The notes below the pieces were generated by a model, which saw only the letters and a program-made list of their open reading frames with translations, was not told where the DNA came from and made no database searches. Positions 29,292 to 37,424 of a stretch of 64,000 nt of DNA are shown here, in pieces. A program made the translations under genes and the position numbers. The stretch's first letter is position 1. The number at the start of each line of letters is the position of its first letter. The stretch lies in IMG/VR virus record IMGVR_UViG_3300009658_000598. One strand, given 5' to 3'. Source of the stretch: an uncultured virus (IMG/VR IMGVR_UViG_3300009658_000598) (taxonomy: Duplodnaviria; Heunggongvirae; Uroviricota; Caudoviricetes).

Positions 29292-30884
29292 CTACAAAAT
29301 CAACATCTCCCTCGAATCATAAACAGACTCCTCAGAAACACATCCACAGCGGATTGCACGGTCAAGAGCCATAATCATGGCAACAGCGCCGTCAATTTTC
29401 TCTGTGGATTTTTCTTTGTCCGGCTTGATGTTTCCGGCTGGGTCACGGCGAATGAAAATATTATCCATCATCCAACGGAGAACTGGGTGTCCGTTATGAG
29501 CAAGTGCTTGTTCAAGGGTCAGTTTCATCAGTTCTTTTGTGGGCGGTGACATATCCTTGTATCCCTGCCCAAACTGAACCATTGTAAAACCAAGACCGTC
29601 AAGGTTCTGCGACATCTGCACAGCACCCCATCTGTCAAATGCTATTTCTTTTATGTTGAATTTCTGCCCCAGTTCATCAATGAAATTCTCAATAAATCCA
29701 TAATGCACAACATTTCCCTCAGTGGTTTTCAGATAGCCTTGCCGTTCCCATACATCATAGGGAACGTGGTCACGTCTGACACGGAGTGGCAATGTTTCTT
29801 CCGGTAACCAGAAATACGGCAGAACGTAGTAATGTTCATCTTCTTCCGTTGGTGGAAACACCAAAACAAATGCTGTAATATCCGTAGTGGAGGAAAGGTC
29901 AAGACCCCCGTAGCAGACACGTCCTGCAAGGTCATCTTCATCAAACGCTATCTTGCATTTATCCCACTTCTCCATAGGCATCCAGCGGACTGCTTGCTTT
30001 ACCCATTGATTGAGTCTAAGCTGTCGGAAAGCGTTTTCTTCTCCCGGAGTTTCTTTTGCAGAATTACACGCAGCCACAACCTTTTCCATTCCGATTGTTT
30101 TATCGAGTGATGGATTTGCTTTCTTCCATACCTTTGGGTCAGTCCAGTCCTCAGACTCATCTGCACCATAGATAACGGGATAAAAAGTCGGGTCATGTTT
30201 TCTGCCCTCAATAATATCCTTTGCCTTTTGGTGTACTTCATAGCAGATGCTGTTGGTGTCTGTTCCTGCCGTGGTGATAAGGAAATAAAGTGGCTGCATT
30301 CTGGCATCACCAGAACCCTTTGTCATTACATCAAACAGCTTTCTGTTAGGCTGGGTATGTAGTTCGTCAAACACAACTCCGTGAATGTTAAATCCGTGCT
30401 TTGAGTAAGCCTCAGCTGAAAGCACCTGATAAAAGCTGTTTGTGGGAATATACACGATTCGCTTTTGTGACGTCAGGATTTTGACTCGTTTATTCAGTGC
30501 GGGACACATTCTCACCATATCAGCGGCAACATCAAACACAATGGCAGCTTGCTGTCGGTCTGCGGCACAGCCGTAAACCTCGGCTCGTTCTTCACCGTCA
30601 CCACAGGTAAGGAGAAGTGCAACGGCGGCGGCAAGTTCTGACTTGCCGTTCTTCTTTGGGATTTCAATGTACGCAGTATTAAACTGCCGGTAACCGTTCG
30701 GTTTCAGAATACCGAAAAGGTCACGGATAATCTGTTCCTGCCAGTCCAGAAGTTCAAATTTTTTTCCTGCCCATGTGCCTTTGGTATGACTAAGGCATTC
30801 GATAAAATTTACAGCGTAATCTGCTGATTTTTTATCGTACCTTGAATCTTCTGCCATGAATTCTGTCGGCTTGTATTTTACCAC
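29292..30884 (-). CDS. terL: Terminase large subunit
   Basis: IPKKNGKSE Walker A, VVFDELH Walker B, GLDLS and KIDG nuclease motifs. Confidence 0.93.
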   Translation of the reverse strand: MVKYKPTEFMAEDSRYDKKSADYAVNFIECLSHTKGTWAGKKFELLDWQEQIIRDLFGILKPNGYRQFNTAYIEIPKKNGKSELAAAVALLLTCGDGEERAEVYGCAADRQQAAIVFDVAADMVRMCPALNKRVKILTSQKRIVYIPTNSFYQVLSAEAYSKHGFNIHGVVFDELHTQPNRKLFDVMTKGSGDARMQPLYFLITTAGTDTNSICYEVHQKAKDIIEGRKHDPTFYPVIYGADESEDWTDPKVWKKANPSLDKTIGMEKVVAACNSAKETPGEENAFRQLRLNQWVKQAVRWMPMEKWDKCKIAFDEDDLAGRVCYGGLDLSSTTDITAFVLVFPPTEEDEHYYVLPYFWLPEETLPLRVRRDHVPYDVWERQGYLKTTEGNVVHYGFIENFIDELGQKFNIKEIAFDRWGAVQMSQNLDGLGFTMVQFGQGYKDMSPPTKELMKLTLEQALAHNGHPVLRWMMDNIFIRRDPAGNIKPDKEKSTEKIDGAVAMIMALDRAIRCGCVSEESVYDSREMLIL

Positions 30885-30900
30885 TCTATCACCACCTAAC

Positions 30901-30926
30901 AAAAAAGACCTGCAAAAAGCAAGTCT
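30901..30926 (-). terminator. Intrinsic terminator immediately upstream of terL
   Basis: AGACTTGC/GCAGGTCT stem plus T-run. Confidence 0.7.
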
Positions 30927-31132
30927 GAATAATTTTAAGCCCCGTGGGGCAATTTTGTAATCGAGAACCTATTCCCATTGTAACCATGTTACCATACTAA
31001 TTCAAGTATATCAAGCATAAACGGAGAAATATACTGCACAAACATTACAGCTGTATTTTGTGTACTATATTTCTTCGGTACGAGCCACACAGCCCCATTT
31101 CTGAGGCTGTGTTTTGAAAATGATGGTGGGCA

Positions 31133-31474
31133 TTATCTGCCGATTTCGCATTCCCATTCAAATTCGCAGGCTGCTGCATATTCATCTTCGAAAAGGGCAT
31201 CATCGTCGATGTAGTCCTCTTCGTATTCAATGCTGTCGATTTCTTCAAATGTCGTTCCGTTTTCCTCTGCATCTTCCTTTGCAAATTCTTCGGCGTTCTT
31301 TTCAATCCAGGCTTTGAACTCCTCATCGTCCATGTGGTCATCGTTTTCAATCTCAAGTTCGTATTCGTACTCGCTGTCCACCCAGGTGATGATTGCCTTT
31401 GTGATTTCGGTTCTTTCGTTCCAGTCTGTTCTCCAAGCCTTTGCTCTTGCCTTTGCGATTCCGTATGATACCAT
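31133..31474 (-). CDS. Small highly acidic hypothetical protein
   Basis: 113 aa, 39 D/E by hand count; own promoter and ACGGAGG RBS. Confidence 0.8.
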   Translation of the reverse strand: MVSYGIAKARAKAWRTDWNERTEITKAIITWVDSEYEYELEIENDDHMDDEEFKAWIEKNAEEFAKEDAEENGTTFEEIDSIEYEEDYIDDDALFEDEYAAACEFEWECEIGR

Positions 31475-31714
31475 TTTAATTTCCTCCGTTTTTTTTCGCT
31501 TGGTTTCCCTTGCGTTGTGTACATATTACCGCATAGTGTGAATAATAGCAACCCGCTAAACTGCCAGAATATACAGCCATGAAACCGGCTCAGAATTGTG
31601 TATATTATGACATCAGAAACAAGCCGCCACGCTGCCGTTTGTGGGGCTTGTTTCTGCATTGGGTAAGTATTCGGAATCGTTAATTCTTGCCGCTGTGGGG
31701 CAACGTGGCGGCTG

Positions 31715-32071
31715 TCACTCCCTTATTACAATCGGCATCAAACCGTTAGGCGTAGGAACGAAAAGTTCAATGTTCCAGAAACGCTGTTTGTACTTTTCTA
31801 TAAGTCCGGGAGAAAGATCTGTGAAATCCTCATCTCCAAGTCCTGCGATAATGAAGGTGCCTTTGATGACATCTCCTGTTTCCGGAAGAAGTCTGTTCCA
31901 TTCTGTATCTGATTTCAGCTTTGATTCCTCATCGCAGATTATTGCGATTTCATCTTCAAAAGGGTAAATTGCCTCAATGTAACCGCCCACTGTTTTCTGC
32001 AGGGATTCAAGGCTATCATCAATGTCAGCAAGTCGTGGGTGCTTTCCCGGTTCAACAATAAGTATGTGCAT
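31715..32071 (-). CDS. DUF3846-like protein
   Basis: ILIVEPG...LESLQKTVGGYIE motif. Confidence 0.7.
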   Translation of the reverse strand: MHILIVEPGKHPRLADIDDSLESLQKTVGGYIEAIYPFEDEIAIICDEESKLKSDTEWNRLLPETGDVIKGTFIIAGLGDEDFTDLSPGLIEKYKQRFWNIELFVPTPNGLMPIVIRE

Positions 32072-32130
32072 GGCTTTTCCTTTCTGAGCCTGCGTGGGGC
32101 AGTTTCTTCTGCCCCCTTGGCTCCTCGGCT

Positions 32131-32493
32131 TTAGTTAATTCTGATTCGGATTGCGGGGTATTCTTTGCCCTTGCCCCAAATGTCCGGTCTGCTTACTTTG
32201 CAAAGTTCCTCGATGGTGCAGCCCTGGTTTGCGAGTTTGTGAAGGTTTTCAAGGAGTGCCGTGCTTGTTTCCGTAACCGCTATGGTTTCAACTCCTGCCT
32301 CTCTCATGGTCTTCACAAAATCACTCATGTCCGTTGTCCAGGGAAGTTCATTGCATTCAAATTCGCTGCTGTTGTGGTTAAGGTTGAATTCGTAAGTCCA
32401 GTAGGCTTCAAGTGTTCCTCGTCTCAGCTTGTTTGCATTGTTCTCGGCATTCTTTCTGAGATTTTCAAAGTATGTTTTAATCTGTTCGTTCAT
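32131..32493 (-). CDS. Conserved phage hypothetical protein
   Basis: 120 aa with own promoter and RBS. Confidence 0.7.
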   Translation of the reverse strand: MNEQIKTYFENLRKNAENNANKLRRGTLEAYWTYEFNLNHNSSEFECNELPWTTDMSDFVKTMREAGVETIAVTETSTALLENLHKLANQGCTIEELCKVSRPDIWGKGKEYPAIRIRIN

Positions 32494-32760
32494 GGTGTTT
32501 TCCTCCGTTTTTTCGTTATTTTCGGTCGGTTTCCCGTTCCGTTGTGTAGTATATTACCGCATATCAAGGGGATAGTCAACGATATCTGCGATAATAAATG
32601 TAACAAACATAAAGCCGATTTCGGAGGTAATTATTGTGTATAATATGACGGCACAACAAAGCCGCCTATGTGGCTCGTGTGGGGCGATTTTTCAAAAGGA
32701 ATAACTTTGCGGTGGTCTCCCTTAATGCCCACACAGCCAAACGTGGCGGCTTGTGTGCGA

Positions 32761-32961
32761 TTATTCAGTTGTATTGCGATGAATGATGCTTACGATTTTG
32801 TCCTGTTCTTCTTTGGAAATCCCGATGCTTTCCAAAGCCTCTCTTGTTCCACAGTCAGGGCATATTAGCGTCTGGTTGTCGATTCTGGAAAGTGCAGGAA
32901 CGCCATGATATTCTATGCCGCAATGCGGACAAACTCTTGTCACTTTTTCAGCCGTTTTCAT
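32761..32961 (-). CDS. Small zinc-finger protein
   Basis: CPHC...CPDC; overlaps the GGCT stop. Confidence 0.65.
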   Translation of the reverse strand: MKTAEKVTRVCPHCGIEYHGVPALSRIDNQTLICPDCGTREALESIGISKEEQDKIVSIIHRNTTE

Positions 32962-33421
32962 TTCTTACACCCCTTTCGCTAATATCAAACGCAAGCCGCA
33001 GATGTTTCAAATCAAAACCAAAATCACGGTACCCCTGAACGCAAGTTCTCACATAGGCATGACTTGGAATTTCCAGCTTTCGCTCCTCATGCATGATGTA
33101 CACAAAGGCAGTCAGCGTTTTTGTTTTGTCGGTTTTCCAGCATTTTACCGGCAGTTCCATTTCCGTTTTGTAATAGAAATTGGGGAAGCCCTCGTAGCGG
33201 TCAAGAGCCAGTTCATCTCGCTTTGAAACCGCCCAAACAGCAACCGGAACCATGCCACCCTTTTTCTTTTCAATGGTCAGGTAAGAACCAGTCTTACTGC
33301 CCTTGAATAATAATTGGTAATCGGGAATTTCTGCCGTTCCCACCACTTTGGCATCGGGGCAGCGAAACCGCATCTGCTGCACGTTTAGGTTGCTGCCGTA
33401 GGCAAGGTAAAATTTTGTCAT
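32948..33421 (-). CDS. Gamma-glutamylcyclotransferase-family protein
   Basis: YLAYGSNL and LDRYEG motifs. Confidence 0.85.
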   Translation of the reverse strand: MTKFYLAYGSNLNVQQMRFRCPDAKVVGTAEIPDYQLLFKGSKTGSYLTIEKKKGGMVPVAVWAVSKRDELALDRYEGFPNFYYKTEMELPVKCWKTDKTKTLTAFVYIMHEERKLEIPSHAYVRTCVQGYRDFGFDLKHLRLAFDISERGVRNENG

Positions 33422-33510
33422 CGTAATCAAATCCTTTCCGAAGGAAACATCCTTCTACCACCTTAAGCCACCCGCAGGTGGCAAGGGGGCAGGAGGATAT
33501 CTCCTGCGGT

Positions 33511-34455
33511 TTAGTTTCTGCCGAATCGGAATGTGGCATCGCCGCTTAGGTTTCTGGTCAGAAAATCTCTTGCTGTGGCGAATTCTTCACCAACCAGTCC
33601 CAGGCGAATCAGCCAAGTCCGCATGGCGAACTTTGGGTTTTCGGTCTGCTGTGGTTTTGGACTTGCTGTTCTTAGTTCCTTTGCCATTTCGGAAAGGGCA
33701 AGACAAAGCTGAATGTAGCTTTTCAGCTGTCCGGCATGAAGTCCGTTTTTCCGCTCCGCCGTTGGCTTGTCAAACTGGAAAAGCCGGAATTCAATCGTGC
33801 CTTTTGTAAAGGTTGCGTGGAGGTTCAGCATATGGTATCGGCTGTCATTGTAATGGTGGTCTCTGCCGTAGTTTGCACCGTTTGCTGTGTACCAAAGGTC
33901 TGCAAGCTGTGCCATGGTTGCAGGCTTTTTCTTGTTTACCTTTTCGATGAATTCCGGACTTACCGTTCTGCAGTAGCGGTTCATTCTGCCCTGATCGATT
34001 TTCAGGGCATCAGCAATCAGTTTTTCGTGGCTTGCCATGATGTTTGCAAGGTTGCGGAGTGTCTGCGGTGTGTGGCCGTTTGCACCGATGTGAATGTGAA
34101 CCCCAGCCCCAATTCCTGCGTGGCTGACTGCTCCGGCTTTTCTCAGTCGGCGAACAAGTTCCTGCAAGGTTTCAATATCCTCGTAGTGAAGAATCGGTGT
34201 AACCAGTTCGCACTTTTCGCTGTCGGGACCTGCAATGGAAACGTCTCTTTGAAATTTCCATTCTCTGCCCTGTGCATCCCATGCTGACCAGGTGCAGTAG
34301 CCGTTTCTGTTTGCTGTGTTTTCGTAGCGGCGTGTTCCGAAGAAGTCAGCGGCAATTTTTGCGGCCCGGTCTCTTGTAATGTGGTTCATCTCAATTTCCA
34401 CGCCTATGGTCTGGTTTTTCAGGTTTTCGATCTGCTTTCTTGTCTTTTCGTTCAT
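33511..34455 (-). CDS. Amidoligase (COOH-NH2 ligase) family protein
   Basis: GVEIEM, CELVTP, GVHIHIG, TIEFRLF motifs. Confidence 0.85.
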   Translation of the reverse strand: MNEKTRKQIENLKNQTIGVEIEMNHITRDRAAKIAADFFGTRRYENTANRNGYCTWSAWDAQGREWKFQRDVSIAGPDSEKCELVTPILHYEDIETLQELVRRLRKAGAVSHAGIGAGVHIHIGANGHTPQTLRNLANIMASHEKLIADALKIDQGRMNRYCRTVSPEFIEKVNKKKPATMAQLADLWYTANGANYGRDHHYNDSRYHMLNLHATFTKGTIEFRLFQFDKPTAERKNGLHAGQLKSYIQLCLALSEMAKELRTASPKPQQTENPKFAMRTWLIRLGLVGEEFATARDFLTRNLSGDATFRFGRN

Positions 34456-34646
34456 GGTATTTTCCTCCGTATTTCTGGGCTTTTTGCCCTTTCGTTGTGT
34501 TACATATTAACTCTAAACGGAGGATATAGCAATACGATTACTACACAATCTTTTTGGCTGTATTTCGGCGAAAGATTGTGTAAGATACACCCTTGATAAG
34601 GTTGCTATTCTATGGTAAAATACAGTACGATGGAATAGGTGCTCGC

Positions 34647-34883
34647 TTATTTTGAAGCCCCCAAAACCACCCTGAAACTATCCACTTCGGGAATCAAAGC
34701 GAGGGAAGAACCGTTTTCCCATTTCATGTGAACACTGCCAGCGTCATCAATATGAGTCACTTCACCGACTGTTCCGGGCAAAATCGGATAGGTTTCATCA
34801 CGCATAGAAATCAACTGTATTTTTGTTCCTGCAGGGTAGGCTTTTCGCAGCTGTTCCAGATACGCTTTATTCGGAAATTTCAT
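34647..34883 (-). CDS. DUF4314 protein
   Basis: YPAGTKIQL...IDDAGSVHMKWENGSSL. Confidence 0.75.
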   Translation of the reverse strand: MKFPNKAYLEQLRKAYPAGTKIQLISMRDETYPILPGTVGEVTHIDDAGSVHMKWENGSSLALIPEVDSFRVVLGASK

Positions 34884-35529
34884 CTGAATCACCCACCTTT
34901 CTAAATGCTGAACTGCCTGAAAGATTTCTGAGAAGTACCTTTCTTGCTGCTTTGTATTCTGCTCCAATCATGCCAAGGCGAAGAAGATAGCATCGCATGG
35001 CATATTTAGGATTGTCGCTGGTGTCAGGCTTGTTGTTGATACGGCTTTGATTCTTCGCAAATTCACAAAGCATGGAAATGAAAATGCAGTAGGCGCTTGT
35101 ATCATCGCACTCCTCCACAGTAAACCATGGAAAGCAAACCTTGTCTTCTTCTACAAGGATTTCAAGATTGTCTGTTTTGAATGCCGCCTTGAAAAGTTCA
35201 CCCTTGTTTTCTACAATTCTTCTGAGTCTGTCAATGGTTGCATCATCAACCAGTTCCAACGGCATCTCTACCGTCAGACCGTTTTCTTCTTCATCAAGTG
35301 GAACATCGTAGCCTTTGCTGACTAGTTCATCTACCAGATGCCGGATTTCCTTGCTGTCGGCTGAATAGCTGATTTCAAGATTACCCTCCTTAGTGACTGT
35401 GTAATCTCTGCCGATTTTGTATGCACAGGTCGGCATATACTGATATTCGGCAGGGACACCGATAATTTCGCTGACTGCTTTGACCAGTTCTTTGCGTTCA
35501 TTTCCTGTAAGATGTAATTCAATCATCAT
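34867..35529 (-). CDS. Conserved phage protein (often labelled virulence-related)
   Basis: ERKELVKA..., NPKYAMRCYLLRLG...RKVLLRNLSGSSAF; C-terminus resembles that of the amidoligase. Confidence 0.7.
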   Translation of the reverse strand: MMIELHLTGNERKELVKAVSEIIGVPAEYQYMPTCAYKIGRDYTVTKEGNLEISYSADSKEIRHLVDELVSKGYDVPLDEEENGLTVEMPLELVDDATIDRLRRIVENKGELFKAAFKTDNLEILVEEDKVCFPWFTVEECDDTSAYCIFISMLCEFAKNQSRINNKPDTSDNPKYAMRCYLLRLGMIGAEYKAARKVLLRNLSGSSAFRKVGDSDEISE

Positions 35530-35603
35530 GTGTTTGACCTCCTTTTCGGTAGTACACATGATAACTCTAAATGGCACAGATATCAAGTGTGGGATATGTA
35601 GAA

Positions 35604-37424
35604 TTATTTTCCTTCATTTTGTGCATAATAGGCGATTCCGGCAAGGACAAACCATGCGTTGCAGGCTGCGATGCCGTTGCCCCACATTTTGTAGGCAGCA
35701 CTATCGGAATACGGGTCTTTCAGCCACTTTTCAGTCTGCTTACGAGATTTCGGCTTACATTCTTTTCTGATAGCTTTATTGTAGGTTTCAAAAACATTCT
35801 GCCACCAGTCAATTTCAGCCTCAGTGGGATTTTCCGTTCCCAGGTCATCACACCACCATGTCGGCATACCCTGGAGCAATGCACATTCCTGCGGTGTCAG
35901 TCTTCTTACGATATATTCGATCTCAGGAGTGCTGTCATTTACAAGCGGCGGATCTTTGTAATCCGATGCCACAAGAGTGTTTGCTTTTTCCTTTTCAGCA
36001 GCAGTAAAGAATGATGCCTTTGAAGAACTGTAGACAGGGTGAGCAATTCCGCCTGCACCCGATGCTACAAGTGTTGGTGAAGTTTCTTCTTCAATCTGAA
36101 AACTGAATCGTGCATTATAACCCTGATTCATTGCAGGTCTGCCAATGCCGTAGGAAACTGCATGGTTTTCAGTGCAATTGAGAGTGTACATTGTTTGGGA
36201 TTCCTTATATCCGTCACCATGATGTGAAGGACGTGAGCCGTTGCCCTCAATTACAACCATACCGCCTTGGTTTTTGCAGGGTGACTGGTTGCTTGTATCT
36301 ATGGTTCTTGCTGTATCTGCTTCATAAAATCCGCTGTTTGGATTATCGGACATCATGGAATTGCTGTGCTTGGAGCAAATTCCATAAGCCTTGGGAACGA
36401 AAAGCGTCTGGTCATTATTGCAGGATAGCGTTGCAGATTTATTTTCCTGAATCAATGCACCTTTACCGCCAGAACCGCCACCACAGCGAATTTTCAAAGT
36501 AGCCGGAACAACACCTGCCCGAAGTGTAGGTGCTTTTTCATTTTCATAACCGATGCCATGTGCATTTGCTGAATGCTCGGTGCAGAATCCTGCGGATTCC
36601 ACCACGAAAGGCTGATTGTTTCCGCCTGTACCGTAGGTTGCAGATACAGTCTGTGCGACTTCAAGAGGTCCTGTATATCTTGTAGCCTGCGAATGGTTTT
36701 CAAACATTAACCCTGAGCCTGTTTCCTCAGAGCAATCTCCAAAACTTCGGGCAGTTTCTTGCCACGTTCGGAAGCTCTCCGCAGAATACCCAGACACGCC
36801 CTCTGACTCAAATAGTATTTTCGAGGCACTTGTGCCTGTAAAATCTGCGACAAGGTAGATACGCATTCTTCGTTGGGGTACACCCCAGTATTGAGCATCG
36901 AATGTTCTCCAGGCAACAGAGAAACCATTTCCCACAATTTCTCCCGCCTTTGTCCACTTTGCAGGTTTAGGGACAGAAATGTCCGGGTCTTTGACCTTAC
37001 AGAGTTCTTCGAGGACGCATCGGAAGTCCTCACCGGCGTTGGAGGAGAAAGCTCCTGCGACATTTTCCCAGACTGCAAATCTTGGATATTTGCCATTTGT
37101 AGCACACCTCATTTCCTTTATGATTCTGACTGCCTGAAAGAAAAGTCCTGAACGCTCTGCATTCAGCCCGGCTCTTTTGCCTGCAACCGAGAGGTCAGTA
37201 CATGGTGAGCCGAATGTTATGATATCAACGGGTTCAATTTCAGTACCGTTGATTTTGTTGATGTCACCGAGATGCTTTACAAATGGCAGTCGCTTTGTAG
37301 TAACAGCAATCGGAAAAGGTTCTATTTCGCTGCTCCACTTTGGCACAATGCCTGAGAGCATTCCCATCATCGGGAACGTTCCTGAACCGTCAAAAAGGCT
37401 GCCGAGTGTAAGTGGTTTATTCAT
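35604..37424 (-). CDS. DNA cytosine-5 methyltransferase with a long multi-repeat variable region
   Basis: FDGSG (I), GSPC (IV), ENV (VI), QRRMR (VIII), RRLTPQE (IX), WGNG (X). Confidence 0.92.
   Translation of the reverse strand: MNKPLTLGSLFDGSGTFPMMGMLSGIVPKWSSEIEPFPIAVTTKRLPFVKHLGDINKINGTEIEPVDIITFGSPCTDLSVAGKRAGLNAERSGLFFQAVRIIKEMRCATNGKYPRFAVWENVAGAFSSNAGEDFRCVLEELCKVKDPDISVPKPAKWTKAGEIVGNGFSVAWRTFDAQYWGVPQRRMRIYLVADFTGTSASKILFESEGVSGYSAESFRTWQETARSFGDCSEETGSGLMFENHSQATRYTGPLEVAQTVSATYGTGGNNQPFVVESAGFCTEHSANAHGIGYENEKAPTLRAGVVPATLKIRCGGGSGGKGALIQENKSATLSCNNDQTLFVPKAYGICSKHSNSMMSDNPNSGFYEADTARTIDTSNQSPCKNQGGMVVIEGNGSRPSHHGDGYKESQTMYTLNCTENHAVSYGIGRPAMNQGYNARFSFQIEEETSPTLVASGAGGIAHPVYSSSKASFFTAAEKEKANTLVASDYKDPPLVNDSTPEIEYIVRRLTPQECALLQGMPTWWCDDLGTENPTEAEIDWWQNVFETYNKAIRKECKPKSRKQTEKWLKDPYSDSAAYKMWGNGIAACNAWFVLAGIAYYAQNEGK
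36707..37096 (-). CDS. Overprinted +1-frame ORF inside the C5 methyltransferase
   Basis: 129 aa; GAGGTG RBS 8 nt before the ATG; STLSQILQ...KYYLS...GILRRA..RGK.LP motif. Confidence 0.65.
   Translation of the reverse strand: MANIQDLQSGKMSQELSPPTPVRTSDASSKNSVRSKTRTFLSLNLQSGQRREKLWEMVSLLPGEHSMLNTGVYPNEECVSTLSQILQAQVPRKYYLSQRACLGILRRASERGKKLPEVLEIALRKQAQG

Noticed and set aside
31045..31659. 204-aa minus-strand ORF overlapping the acidic gene
   Set aside because: It runs through promoter and hairpin DNA and has no RBS, unlike the nested MTase ORF.
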